Of a stretch of DNA of 64,000 bases, positions 50,940 through 64,000 are shown piece by piece (within the stretch, counting starts at the first letter, position 1; each line of letters opens with the position of its first letter). The translations under genes and the position numbers were made by a program. The notes beneath the pieces were generated by a model. That model was given only the letters and a program-made list of their open reading frames with translations. It ran no database searches and was not told where the DNA came from. Origin of the DNA: Phallusia mammillata (lineage: Eukaryota); the NCBI GenBank assembly GCA_965637545.1, contig OZ281495.1, positions 26,474,001 through 26,538,000 on the forward strand, given 5' to 3'.

Positions 50940-53900
50940 TTACAATTGAGTGCTTTCGACCACGCGCTGCTCAATAACATCTCCAAGCTCAAAAGACCTG
51001 GTGCTAAACCCGCCGTCCAGCGATATGTTTCTGATTGCTATGAGTTCAATATTGGCTTCCAGCGGTTCCACTGTGGTGGTAGCTTGCTTAAATCTATGTT
51101 GTAGCGAGCCAGTGACGTACAGCTTGCGGATATGACCTCTGCACCGTCGTGTGACCTTCAATAACGTCTCCCAGAGGAAATTGGAGTAAATCCACGGATT
51201 GACAGCGCTGTTGACTGGAATTAGAAAGGCTGCTGTAACGCCGTACATGATAGAAGGAATTTCGACGCCAGCAAAAGACACGAACGATGTGATGCATATC
51301 GGGACCCAGCACACCAGGTTGCTGGCAATCAGTCGAACTATCCTGCCCCAGATTGCGTCGTTTTCTTTTGCTCGTTTGTCCACATGAACTTTGTCGTTGT
51401 GATTTCGAGGCGTTCCTATTGCTGAAACAATATACTTTTATTTACATTTCACTTAAGAAAACCTAATAGCCATCTTCGCTACTTAAAACAACAAGCAACC
51501 TATTGAGTAGTAAAGTAAAAAGTAAAGCCCAAAACAATAATTTTACTGTGACTCGTGAATATTTAGTATACTACTAGTCTATAGAAATGAACAAATGCGC
51601 ATAAGTGGTAAAAATGACCAACTGCAGTTTACAAATGAAATATTCCAAGCGAACATCCTAATTGAATACTGTGTTTTGTAATTCCACACCCACACCCAAA
51701 CAGGGAACTATGAAAAATTCCATTAGTTTTTGCTGTAATTTGTGCTTCAGTTTCAAACAGAGTATAAAACGGTTGGATGCCATGTATACCCGGTTGCATC
51801 GCCGAAGCTGTTTCGAAGTAAATCACGGAGTAGGCAATGATCATAAAGACGATGGCAACACTATCGAAAACCATGATAGTGAGGGTGTACGTTGCATTGG
51901 GTTCATCTAAGCTGCCGTAAAATCTGCTAACAAGAGTAAACAGTAAAACAGAAGTGTATGCATCACTTCGTTAATTTTTCCACCAGAAGGCACTACTGAG
52001 TTATATCAGGTGTCTTAATACAAGTAGGGACTTCTAGGTTATGATGGACTTTTGTTTGTTTTAGGTTATGATGGAAAAAAGGAAGTTTGTGACCGAAAGC
52101 GATGTTTCCCGTTACATGATAGTTTCTGAACAATCTAATTTTGTAAACTCTGTGTTTATCGCAAGCCGAAAAGCAATGACCTGCAAAACTCACCGTGGCA
52201 GACAAACACCGTCAGAACCATAATACCCGATAGAGCGAATTTCCTGGTTTTTACAAGCCGCGGGAAAAATGTTGCAGAATTCTGCTGGAAGATCGTTGAT
52301 GTTCCCGTCAACGTTGTATGCCACATTGCTTAGATTTGAGGCGGAGGAAAGTGACCGTGCTCTATCTACGACCATGTGTAACTGATGAACTGTTAATATG
52401 TTTTTGGTGATGTACGGCTGGTCGATGCGAAAACCGGATATCATTTCGGATCGCATGACCGGCAAACTTCCCACTCCGAGCGAAGCAATCCACATGACAA
52501 TCATGGAAACGGCAATGTATCTACAACGTATTACTTTGGCCTTGAACGGACTGATAATGCCGTACAGACGATACGCCGTCATTGAAGCCATCACCAGTAC
52601 AGATGACTGGCTCGACACGTTGGCCAAGACGCCCAGAGTCTGGCAACGTCTTCCTGCCAGCCATTCCAGCTTTTCTTTACAATAGATGTCGCCAAAGCCT
52701 GCATTATAGGATCCAAGGAGTAGCAAATAGATTCCCATCATGAAATCTGCTAAAGCTAAGTTGAGGACAAGGATCTTATTGCCAACTAGTATCCTGTCGG
52801 ATGCATGTCCATAGCGTCGTCGCATTTTCGAGGCTAAGTCATATGCCATGTTGCCTATCACTGCCGAGTTCCCAAACAAGGAGAACAGACACATAATCCA
52901 CACCCAAGCGACCATTACATTCCAGGCTATAAGGTGTGTTGGAGAAGATAGGATGTCGTTATCTTGCGAGCATTCGTCTCTGAAGTCTTTGCAGTCAAAT
53001 TTACCATCTCCAACCTGGTATAGTCTGATATAGCGCTCACTGATGTCCGTTCGGTCACAGTAGAAGTGGTCACTGCAGTCCATCTCGTCGGCCGAGTTAT
53101 CACAATTTGCGTTGAAGTCACATCTAAGAAAATGGTGTTTGGAACTTTGTGTGTTATATATTGTACGTTTTTTGAATAAATTGATTATAGCCTATTTAAA
53201 GTAAGGTATTTTATAATTGATCTGCTTTGAATTTTATTAAATTTAAGGTAACTGTATTTACGCTAATAAAAATGCACTTGGAATATTTTTTTTCTATTTA
53301 TTTTTATTGGCAACAGGATAAACCTAAAAGTCACATAGCCACGGCATTAAAGATGTCGAACTGTCATTTATTGCCGACATTTCAGTGGTGTCTTCCCATT
53401 AAGAGGTAAAGCCATTTGGATTTTGTTAGTTTACACTCAATACATCAAACCGAAGCAACAATACATAAAATAATTCATCTTTCACCGGTAGGAAGCATCA
53501 AGTCCAAAGTGTTTAGGGCCACTCAAAGGGTTTATTCAGGCCTTGCTTATAGAAAATGTTTTTATTATTATTATAGATCTGTTGTCAGTTCCTTATTCAA
53601 ATAGAAACTATTTATGTTGTTTAGGTAATAAAAACATATCACCGGAAAACCTATTGTTGAAAGGGTTGATTTCAATACAAACGGCACTTATCCTAGTATC
53701 AAATCTACATCTTCTCAAACCCAAACATGACTTACTGAAATTGTTTATAAAAGCTTTGAGTTGAATCTTTTCCACCACAGGCAATTTTTTTCGAGCATAG
53801 CTCCAAGGATTCATCCGCACCGTCTGTACAATTAGCCTCGTCTTCCCGGCAAAAACAATCAACCTGGCCGTTGCACAGATACCTGAGGTCCAGCGTAGAG

Positions 53901-55775
53901 TCGCATCCTTTCAAAATGAGCGATCCGTGTTTTGTGATATTCTTACAGAAAGCTGGTTCATCTGGACAAATAAGTAAATAAAAGCTAAAAAAATGACAAT
54001 GGTCTGTTAGTCACAGGGGTTGTAAAATGGCGGTGTAGCAAAACTTTCACGCTTTAACTATGGCGGGCCTATAAATGGACATGGTAAGTTGTAAAGGGCG
54101 ATAAAATGCAATCGTGTACGATTTTTTCCAAACTGGTGTGCATTTGAAAGGCGATATGCAATGGCTTCTATTTAAGTCAAGAAATAATGGGTTTGTTATC
54201 GAAGCCAGAAATCTCTTTTAAAATACCCAAAAAAGTTGTAATCAATAAACACGCATGAAGTATGTGGCTTTAAGCCTTGATACTGGTCCATGGTCTTTGA
54301 TTGCTACTAGATCGTGAAGAAACAGTTCTTAAACTACATATACGACCGCTACTTTACCAAGTTAGATTTAAATTGTTTTATTCGTCTCTATTTCTTCATA
54401 GCCAAACAATTATACGATGGATGCTTTTGGTACCCATCGAAAGTTTTTTTGTATTCAAACTGTAGAGGTTATGTTCTTGTCGGCGAAGTATTACGTGTAC
54501 AAAAACACGTCTTTCCTTCAAAAGACAACATTTACATGTTTTGCTACATTAATCTGTTAAATATGGGCAGTTGGAAACAAGGCCTATATTTAATAAGGTA
54601 AAGTTCGCTGCCCTAAATGTCATAAACTCTATACTATTTTAAGAAACTCCCGTCAACAACTTGCACAACCAACCTAAACAACCACATTCGTCTTCAGCGT
54701 TTCGGCATTCCGGTATTCCATTGCAAAAAGTCGCCGATCCATCATTGCTGTTAAAAGAATGCTTTCGTTAACAAACTATAGGCTACTAATCCATCGTTAT
54801 TATCATTTCGGTGATCAATACATTATACTCAAATAATTATTTTTATAAACGACAGTTATAAGTAACCAGAGGTATGTAATTACTGTTGCTTAGAAATATA
54901 GAAGCAAGAGACCATCCCCTTATCCCATATTTTTTCACACATGTAGGATAGACTAAGGAGGTTTTAACCCTGACCCTACGTGTGTGATAGAAGGACTGTT
55001 TTTACACTTTGTCCTTAACATGAGCAAAGAAAGTTTGCAGACCAAAATATTGTAATAATAAAATCGAAGAATCTAACCTTGTACATCTACGTCGCTTCTC
55101 TGCAGAAAAACTCGTTCGATTTACTGTTTTACAATCCACAAACGAGTCATTACGAAAACATAGGCATTCATCTGTCAAGTCGGGACAGTTAATCTCGCCA
55201 TCACAAACTTGTTGACGCTGGATGAGCGTGCCGTCTGTGCACGGCCAACACTTTGAAGTGTCCAACACCGGTCCGGCTTCCGTCGATATAAAGCAACGAT
55301 CAGCGTCTTCAGCGCAAACGGTAAAACTCGGTAAATTGGACGTCTTGTTCCATCTGGTTAGGAACTCTTGAGGCAAAACACACTGGGAAGACTTAATACC
55401 CAAGATCTGGCGTTTCAACAGGCATTTGAAGCCGAAACCATCAATGATTTCATCGGAACTATCTTTGCAGTCAGGTATGCCATCGCAAAATGATTGACAT
55501 GGTTTACGGTTAAAGCTACAGGTACGGTTTTTAATGCCAGGAAATGGTAAACAGTCGCTTGTTCCAGCACATTGGAAGAAGAGACTGTTTTCACATCCCT
55601 GCTCGTCCTCACACTTGTCACAGTCTTTTACTTCGTTGCATTGTTTCTCAATGGGAATCGAATATGGTATCCCTATCGTCATGGTGCAATTGAAAACGGT
55701 TTCATCGGTGAAAGCCGGCCTGATTTTGAGGACGATTATGCAAAAACCAACAACAAAAAAGTATACACACTGCAT
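50940..55775 (-). CDS. LDLa-repeat rhodopsin-type GPCR (GRL101/RXFP-related 7TM, no LRRs), 6 exons, 847 aa
   Basis: Exons 55775-55078, 54747-54674, 53961-53736, 53123-52194, 51923-51790, 51421-50940 (2544 nt, phases consistent). Signal peptide MQCVYFFVVGFCIIV; about 7-8 LDLa-like modules (CDGIPDCKDSSDE, CDGEINCPDLTDE, CDFNANCDNSADE); LGR-type TM motifs GN..V, NLALADFMMGIYL, GVCLP, SNLVCWVP, PVNSAVNPWIY. Confidence 0.9.
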
Positions 55776-57048
55776 TTTCCTAATCTTATGAAATCTAACA
55801 CTGAAAATAAAATGCATGGTATGGGATACAACTTTACCAAGTTTATTTCTTTTGGACCTTTGCTAAATTCTAATCTGAAAACTGAATTCTGTTGGTGACA
55901 AAATCTGTAGCTAGTGTTCAATATTACAAATTAGAAGGCTCAATAAAGGCAGGAAATCCACTAGAAACCGCAGGATTTGTATACCGTGACATGCAAGCTG
56001 CTATGTGCGCCTATACGTCCTACAAAATCAAAATGAGTTGCTCACAATGAATCATCCAAGGTACATGTGTTAACAAGTCATGTTCCAAAACGTATAGGCT
56101 TACGCACATTGTCCTACTTTTACATGAATCTGACTTTTGTGTGTGAGAACGTCAATGAAATAAAACCGTAGAAAAAAAAGTAAAGTGCATGTAAATTGTA
56201 AGAACATTTTTATCTTAAACACATTTTTTCAAAACCTAAATCCTACAAGCTTCGGTATTTATATTCTGGCTTTAGCGTAAGTTCCAGCCACTGATTGTTT
56301 CCAGTTGACTGTAAAGCATTTGTACTATGCATTGGCACTACGCTTTTTTGTCCCCATTAGTGTCGCACCTATTAGATACGCTAACGCTTTATCAAGGAGA
56401 AGCTATTTATACACGTCAATGACAACAATACGTTGAATTGGCAGTGGTTTCGACTCATCTGATTTTGCCCACTTCCTGCTATGAATGCGGGTTATATTTT
56501 GGGAACGTAACCGCAGTTGATCCGAAGGGTTTTCAATTTCGCATGTTTAAGCATGGGAAATGCATGGTCTGACGCATTTTAACCCTTGTATTAGCATGAT
56601 TTGGTACGCGAAAAGGGTTTGGGGTTAGTTGTGATTTTAATCATGTGTTTTGCTTTCAATGATTTACGTCAATGATGATTGAAATTCCTTGAACACAGAA
56701 ATTGCTCATCGCTAAACAGGGCAAACAACACATTTACATACTATGTGTAGATGCGATGATCTTAAATTTAAATTTAAAGTTAAACATATATTATAATAAC
56801 GTCGAATTGTCAATTAAGATACTTAATTTGAACAAGTATTGCTTTAAAGTGAATTGCAATTCTAAGGTAGCCATTTTTCTGACATATGCATTATTTGTGT
56901 GCCAACTTTTTATGCCATATTCAGGTGGTCTTTGTCTGTGCAACGTACACCCCAAAGACCGAGCATATTATTTTTATACTACCTGACATTTACAATTCAT
57001 ATCTAACTTAAAAGTACAAAGTGCAAGTGAGTGATAAAAAATGTTCGT

Positions 57049-60000
57049 TTATTTGCATTTATCGGGAAGATTTGACAAAGTAGAAATTCCAATAATCGCT
57101 TGAATCCAATACCGGTAGGCTGTCACTTTGGTGTAGACCGCTTGTTGCCCAGGCGTCCTACAATCACGTGACCCGTATGACGTAATACCGATGACGTACC
57201 AGGCACATGACTCGCACAACTGACACATGAGCGGCCCACCACTCTCCATCTATAAACATGAAATTTTATCACAGCATATAGTAAACCTTGGGTATACCGA
57301 AATCATTCACCCTGGATCTTCCCCTTTGCTTATTCGGACAAAACTCTAGGTAGAAATGATTTGTAATGTGGTAAGACTTGAACTAAATCGGATCTTCGCC
57401 GAATTCGGACAAGTTTTTTTGATCCAATCGGTCCAAGGTTTACTGTACTTGAGCAGGCCATAAAATTGCATTCTTTATGCCAAGTCGCATATTATAATGC
57501 AAAAATATCACCGAATTTACATAGGGCCCTGCTCTCGGGGAAAGCATATTCAATAAATTTGTTTGAAATAAATAGTCGAGATGTATTTTTTTGTGTAAAG
57601 TTGCGTGAGTCAATTATGGAGTCTATAAATCAAAACAATAAGCAAAATCAACAATTCCTTTACTCATTGAAAATGTTTGCCACCATTCATTTAACATTTC
57701 AAAAACAATTATGCCACATGCGTTTTGCTAATATTATACCCGCTGTATGATGGCGCAATTTCAAATTGTAATCAACTTACAAGGCAAGTATTGGTGTTTG
57801 TGTCGTTGTTAGATTCCGCGCACAGAACATAATTCGACAGGGTGGGGTAATTCAAGTTGCATTGTTCTTGTGTAACAACTTGCATGACAACCTCGTTAAG
57901 GTTTTGAGATTCCACTGAAGTAGATAATAGATCTGCGAAATACAAATGTATCAACACAATGAGGTTTGACCTTTTAATTTGGGATCATAATTGTGTAACA
58001 ACATCAACGTTTTACACAGCTTGGTTGAAATTGAAGACCGAGGTTACTACAAACAGAATGATTACAAACAATCATAAACAGAACAATAACAATGTAATCA
58101 TCGTTTATTAAATTCCATCTGTCTGTACTCTTCTGTTCTATAGTTTTCAAAGTCAAAAAATACAATATAAGTTACTAAATAGCGACGTTTGAAGGTCTGT
58201 GATTTTTTAAATTCATGGACCGTTTGTGACGTTTAGTGAAATAACCAACCAAAGCTCTTTAACAAATTTTACAGGTACTTACTTTTTCTCCAACCCGCAG
58301 TGAAACAGGTTTGACCGCTGAGGTCTGTTTCTGTGAAAGACAAACAGATTGGACGAATGTATGCTGTGATTGGAACATCATCCGAAAGCTAAAGCAATAA
58401 AAAACGTTTTAATTTGCAACGTAAGAAACTCTCAACATTTTCTCGAGTTTTTTACCTTGGTCGCTCCAAGCTAAGAATCCTGACTATTTTTGTACATACA
58501 GCCCAAGCACAATGTTTGTTACCTGCAATAAGGCTATGTCGTGCTCAATAGTGCCATCCAGTGGATTTTGTCTGTAAGTAGGATGAGTGATTATGTTCTG
58601 GATTCGATAAGTGTGAGAATATGAACCGGTTTCTTCGTATTTTCCACCGAGCGTGGCTGTGACATTGCTAAGGTCGATAGGACTGAAAATTGAAGAAGTT
58701 TGTGTTATACGTGTTAGTTGTTTCACTTGCAGAAAAAGCTTACTCGAAGCAGTGGGCTGCTGACATTACCCATCTTCGGTGTATTAACGTTCCTCCACAC
58801 ACTAAGAATCCAGACCTGAGGTAAACCTAAACCAATAGCAGATTTTATTGCGTATATGTAAGATATCCATAATTAAAAATAATATTTTTTTATTTGAAAA
58901 CAAAAAGGAATTTTCCTACTTTGCGTTAACCCAAAACTTATCAACGTAGCTCTAAATAGGTTCTGCCTAATGTTGCTGCAATATCACAAGCTATGTTTTG
59001 AAATTTTGGCACTATACGACACTTTTCCACGCCACAAACGTATGTACCGATGCTCAATCAATTGATTTTTCATTTTTTTGAAAAATACGACCTGGAAAAG
59101 ACCAATTTGGGTACATAAGAAAACGTGCCAATGAAATGATTAATTCTGGCATCATTGAGGTGCAATAAGGCCAGTCGCGACTGTCGCGAACCCAGCCGCA
59201 GTGATGAGATCAGATAACCACCAGCAGAAAACTTTTCGTGCTTGACAAAATGTTCAAAAGTTTTGGTACCTAATAAACCTACTTACCATCCAAGGCCAAG
59301 TCGTTTGATTTCCGGCCTCTCCTTCTCCGATTCCGTAATTTGCCAAATTTTGACCACACGTGACGTTTCGGTTGGTGACGCAACACTTTGTTGAGTTTCT
59401 CCGAAGGGTTTCGCCTTCGGGACACGGTGGTTCTAAATAATGCGATTCGCGATACATTTTGTAATGCATGACAGATTTTGGGGAGGTTAAAACAAAGTTG
59501 TGTTCTTAAGTACTAGAACTTATTAATTAATTAAAGCATAAATGGTTTATATTTTAACTAAATAGAGTTTTCTTGGAACAAAATGCGTTTATTTTAATGA
59601 ACATTTGGCCAAAAGGTTGTAAAACACTTCGTTTATCAAGTTTTATTTCTGTTTGTTCTGTTTTTGCGTGCCAGATGCAAAACCTACCTTCACATACGCA
59701 AGCTGCGCACATGTCGCAAGTGTTTGGGCAGTATTCACTGGCGTAGGTCGGAATTTGCGAACAGTAAGGTTTGAATTGATCGCAACCCGCCCCTTCTCTA
59801 TCTTCGCACTTACACTCGTCGCAGACTCTGCAAAATGAATTTCGATTTTTTTAATCAAACTGTTCATCCGGCAGAAATATTTGTTGTGATTTATTATATG
59901 TTGGCAAAAAATGAGATTCACTGAAAAATGACAAGTACTGTTAACTAAATAGCACAGGTACAGTCAGCAAGATATATTTTATGAAATAGAATGATTTCGG

Positions 60001-63000
60001 TCAACTTACGGACATGGATTTGTCACGCAAATACCCGATTCAGTGTTAAGCCCTTCGCATGATTCACCAAGGCAACGTCTTAGTCGATACACTGTTCCAT
60101 TTCCACAGCTTACAGGGCAATTGCTCCACTCGGACCATTCGCTCCAGCCTGACAAAAAAAATGCAATGCATCAACCAACAGTAACTCCTGTGTCATAAAC
60201 TTAAGCTAGTATAGCCGCTTTAACATTTTCGCGTTTTACAGGCTGTTGGGAAAGCTGGATTGACCAAGGTCAAGAATTACATTGACAGATTTCGTTTATG
60301 TTTATACCCCTTCAGTAAGTTTAACGCACTTTTTTTACCAAGCGGGGACAGTAAAAAGGGAAAAAAATGGAAAAAAGTAAAAACGAAAAGGGAAAAAACT
60401 TACAAAAACGAAAAGCTTTATTTTCAAGGAAGTGAACCCATAAATGTTGAAACTTAATTTGAAATAATCAATTAATGACTTTAAATGCTTAACCAATGCG
60501 ACAACAAGACAGAAAATGCATCTATAAAACAGGTAAGCTTATTCCATCGCTAAAATGCTATCAAAAAATGGGAACATGGGTTTTGTTTCTTTCACATTTT
60601 TTTTCGTTCACGACGAAATAGTTAATAGTTTTCAACAAATATCGTCCTCTTTGACAATTACATTTCTTATTTTACCGAAGAACACATAAAATCTAGATAT
60701 GTTTTTACCCAAAGGACACGGATCTTCAGTGCAGGGTAAAATCTCAACCGAACCGTCTCCGCAATCTTCAATGTTTCCTGAGCTGCAGGATCTGAGTCGA
60801 GTTTTTGTGCTCTCGCCACAAGTGGCAAAACAACTCGACCAATTGCTCCATTCTTCCCACGAATATTCTAAATACCATTGCGAAAACTCACTGTGGTCCT
60901 TTAGCATAGCGAGATTTCACAAGGGCTATCCTTATCTCTAAGAATACTATGCCCACCATGCAGTTATAACTTATTTGTGGGGTAGCGTTTCAAAACCACA
61001 GTTTTCAAATCATGATTTTACTTAAGGACTAAATCTGGGTATACATGTTTGCATTAGATTAGCAGCGTAAGTGGTAGTTCGGTAAATCACCACTAAGCAT
61101 GTTCACAATAATATCATATTGTAATCATATTGTTATTTTGTAAATCTATTTGTAGCCCAACTATATCTCCATTAACGTGTCAAATCATGTAGTGTGGATA
61201 CGATTTGTTATTCACGACTTATCATTTATTGAGATCAACGAAAATTTTCCTAGTTGCACACGATCGACCGATCAGTAAAAATTTAAGTTGTCCACTTGAA
61301 AAGCAAATACGCTATTTGGGTGCATTGTTTCGTAGTTTCCATATTTGTGTTCCTGAATTGTACTTTTCTATTTCAGTTAGGTATAACTATGAGGTTTCTT
61401 AACTAAGTATGTTTCTTTGCTGTGAATAGCTTTGTGCTTCAAATTTTTACATCAACAGCAAATGTGTAATTAACAAAATCACACAAATTGTAGTTGTTAG
61501 GACATACGTGACGTCAAAGTCAAAATAAACCATTGATTTGTTAATGGAGAATTCAGTTGGCCAGTCGAAACTAAACGTTTGGCCGGTCTATTGCGATCAA
61601 ATTTTTTATGTCCCATCAAAAACGAATCAGTGACCCGGTGAACCTACCAGGTTGGCATGGATCTGTGTTGCATGGAAGAGTTTCCCTTGAGCTTTGTCCA
61701 CAATCGAGAATATTTCCCGAACTACACAATCGGTTTCTAGTTCTGCTTCCACCTGCGCACGATTCCGTACAGTCGGACCAGCTGGTCCACGAACTCCAAG
61801 TATAAACTATAAAGTAAATCTACATTAAATCTAATTAAAAGTGTATGTACAGTAAACATGGGTTACTTCGGACCCGTTTGGACCAAAAAAATACCACATT
61901 ACAAACCATTTGGAAATTTGTCCGAATTAGGCGAAGATCCGGATTACCCGAATCTGGTTTAACCGAGGTTTACTGTACATATTATTTCTGGACAAATAGT
62001 CACTTAGTTGTGTCCAAGAATTTATAAAAATTCTAAACTGAGTTTTACATACCAGGCGGACACTCCTCAGTGTTACACGGCAAGCTCTCGAAGTTAGCTT
62101 GTCCGCAGTCGCTAGTTGTTCCTGTACTGCATAATCGTGCTCTCGTCGTCTGTCCTGTTGCGCAGACTTTACTGCACGGTGACCATGAATCCCAACTAAG
62201 CCAAGTTGTCACTGCAACAAAATACCATTTAAAAAGGACACGTTGAAAGAGTCAGCTTGTGTCGCCTAATAAGGCAACCTAAAGATCATACCTGGACACA
62301 AAATTCTTGTACATGATTCAACATTAATTGCAGATCCTTGACAGTCTCGAGCATTACCGGTGTTACAACTTCTCGTTCTGCGGCGATCTCCAGGCCCACA
62401 TGACGCGGAACATGATTCCCAGTTATTCCACTTGTTCCAGGCTTGCAGAAAGAATGACTAAGTGATCAATATTAGCAATTCCTGACCCTCAAACATACAA
62501 AATGATTTAGTTTAAAATATAAAACGTATAACATATTTGAGAATACCGAAATTATAGTAACTTTCGCTGAATGATATGTTCCCAGTTTTAGGTTTGAAAA
62601 GGGCGGTTAAAAAACAAACTTTATTGCATTGACTGATTTATTAACAAATATGTGGCTCTTTCAGTAGTTTTTTTATACAATATTAGCCGACGTTCCGACG
62701 TACCATACGAGACAGCTTCATCAGGGTAGTGACATAATTTAAAACTCGAAGATAACGAAACGTCGGCTTGTTATAATAAAAACTAATGGAAGAGCCAAAT
62801 ATTTGTTAATACATTATTCCTGACAGCAACAATCATTGACTGATGTGGTTTCAAAATAAGTTACCATCGGTGGTATGTTTTGTCACAGAATTCCTACAAA
62901 ATGTAAACCTATATAGTAAAATGATTAACAGTCATAAATCACAAGGATATGTTTCCTTTTTTGTGAGGTATCCCTGAGGTTACTCAATGATAATTTTCAA

Positions 63001-63925
63001 AACTTCGGCAAATTGTACACACCAGGACATGCAAACTTGTTGCACGATAAAGTTTCCTTAGAAGTTGTCCCACAATCCGAATTCCGTCCAGTACTGCAAG
63101 ATCTTGTTCGGGTACGCGATCCGTCTCCGCAGGTTTTTGAGCAAGTTGTCCAACCGTTCCACGCGTTCCATTGACCAACTGTATCATGGAAAACAACGTT
63201 TGTATGATAAAGGCAATTAAACACAATTACACAACTTTACTTTGAGTCAGTAAAAGTTACATTTTAGACATAGTATTGCATCGAGTAATAGGATTCTATG
63301 TTACCATATGGGTAGTAATAGTAACAAGTTTCACGGGTAAAAAGGATTGGATAGCACGTAATAAAATCATATAGTATTGTAACGAGTCTACTTTTGCTCT
63401 AAATAAGTCTAATCCGGTGTTTTTTTAGCTTTGGGTAACGTTGGGAGCATACATGCTCAAGAATCTGGCTGTCTTTTGTATATTTTGTTTTCTTTCTTTG
63501 ATATTTTGAAGCTTGTTTTAAACAATATATTTACACTTTTAAACTTTTTAGATGTAAAAATGAAAAGATAGAATCGTTATGTTGAGGAATAACTTACAAT
63601 TTCAATGTTACAAAATGGGTAAAATAGTTGGATAGCTCTGATTTCAATCGTATGGTTCCTTAGACAACTCATTCGATCGCTAAAAAGGCTATCCTAAAAT
63701 GGGAACAGAAGTATTGCTCCGTTTTTATTTTAGACCAAATAGTTTTTACTCTACTTTTACGTGACGACCCACTAACCTCGGCACTTCTCAGTATTGCATT
63801 TCCATTTCTGTCTCCACTGGGTTCCACAATCAGCATTTTGTCCAGTGGAACACGTCCGTGTACGGGTCCTTGTTCCGGAGCCACAGGACTTGGTACAGGG
63901 ACTCCACTGAGCCCAATTGTTCCAT
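57049..63925 (-). CDS. Multi-TSP1 - ShKT - trypsin-like serine protease (homolog); 5' part lies beyond the window
   Basis: Seven TSP1 exons (63925-63777, 63178-63023, 62441-62292, 62211-62053, 61806-61648, 60867-60709, 60148-60010; WxxWxxWxxCSxxCGxG..R.R.C), ShKT exon 59827-59688, linker 59432-59287, and protease exons 58826-58744 (CGGTLI..WVMSAAHC), 58682-58523 (HDIALL), 58388-58283 (IRPICL..GW), 57932-57781, 57249-57049 (ESGGPL..GITSYG..VYTKV..WI). Confidence 0.9.
57279..57445. mobile_element. Tc1/mariner-type MITE
   Basis: Ends tAGTAAACCTTGG...CCAAGGTTTACTG, flanked by TA. Confidence 0.8.
61850..61975. mobile_element. Tc1/mariner-type MITE
   Basis: Ends CAGTAAAC...GTTTACTG, flanked by TA. 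Confidence 0.78.
62640..62810. mobile_element. Inverted pair of Penelope-like terminal fragments with a degenerate hammerhead core
   Basis: Arms 62640-62694 and 62759-62810 are imperfect reverse complements; minus strand reads CTGATGA...GGAACGTCGG and plus strand has CGAAACGTCGG. Confidence 0.65.
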
Positions 63926-64000
63926 CTGTAACCTATTATATTAAAAATAGTGTGACTATTGAAACATTCTCAAATCTGTTACTCGAACTTAGTTCACACA

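Overview
AT-rich, intron-dense eukaryotic DNA. Gene content and intron size suggest an invertebrate chordate, probably an ascidian (inference). It holds three protein-coding genes: a complete 38-exon IQGAP gene (+, 3851-32134, 1665 aa by my exon chaining); an LDLa-repeat rhodopsin-type GPCR with no LRRs (-, 55775-50940); and a 5'-truncated multi-TSP1/ShKT/trypsin-like gene (-, >63925-57049) with a degenerate activation apparatus. The accessory region between IQGAP and the GPCR contains an apparently non-coding 9-exon transcript starting at a TCT/5'TOP-like initiator (about 34300-41160), with a paralogous ~170-bp conserved module in two successive introns. It also contains a hairpin cluster, a CRISPR-like array of 10 alternating palindromic repeats (42443-42968), a ~1.3-kb direct duplication and a long-TIR element carrying a ~185-bp satellite. 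Introns hold many hAT and Tc1/mariner MITEs (one duplicates a splice donor as its TSD), tRNA-like SINE heads and Penelope-type minimal hammerhead ribozyme motifs. All calls are from manual reading; no searches were run.
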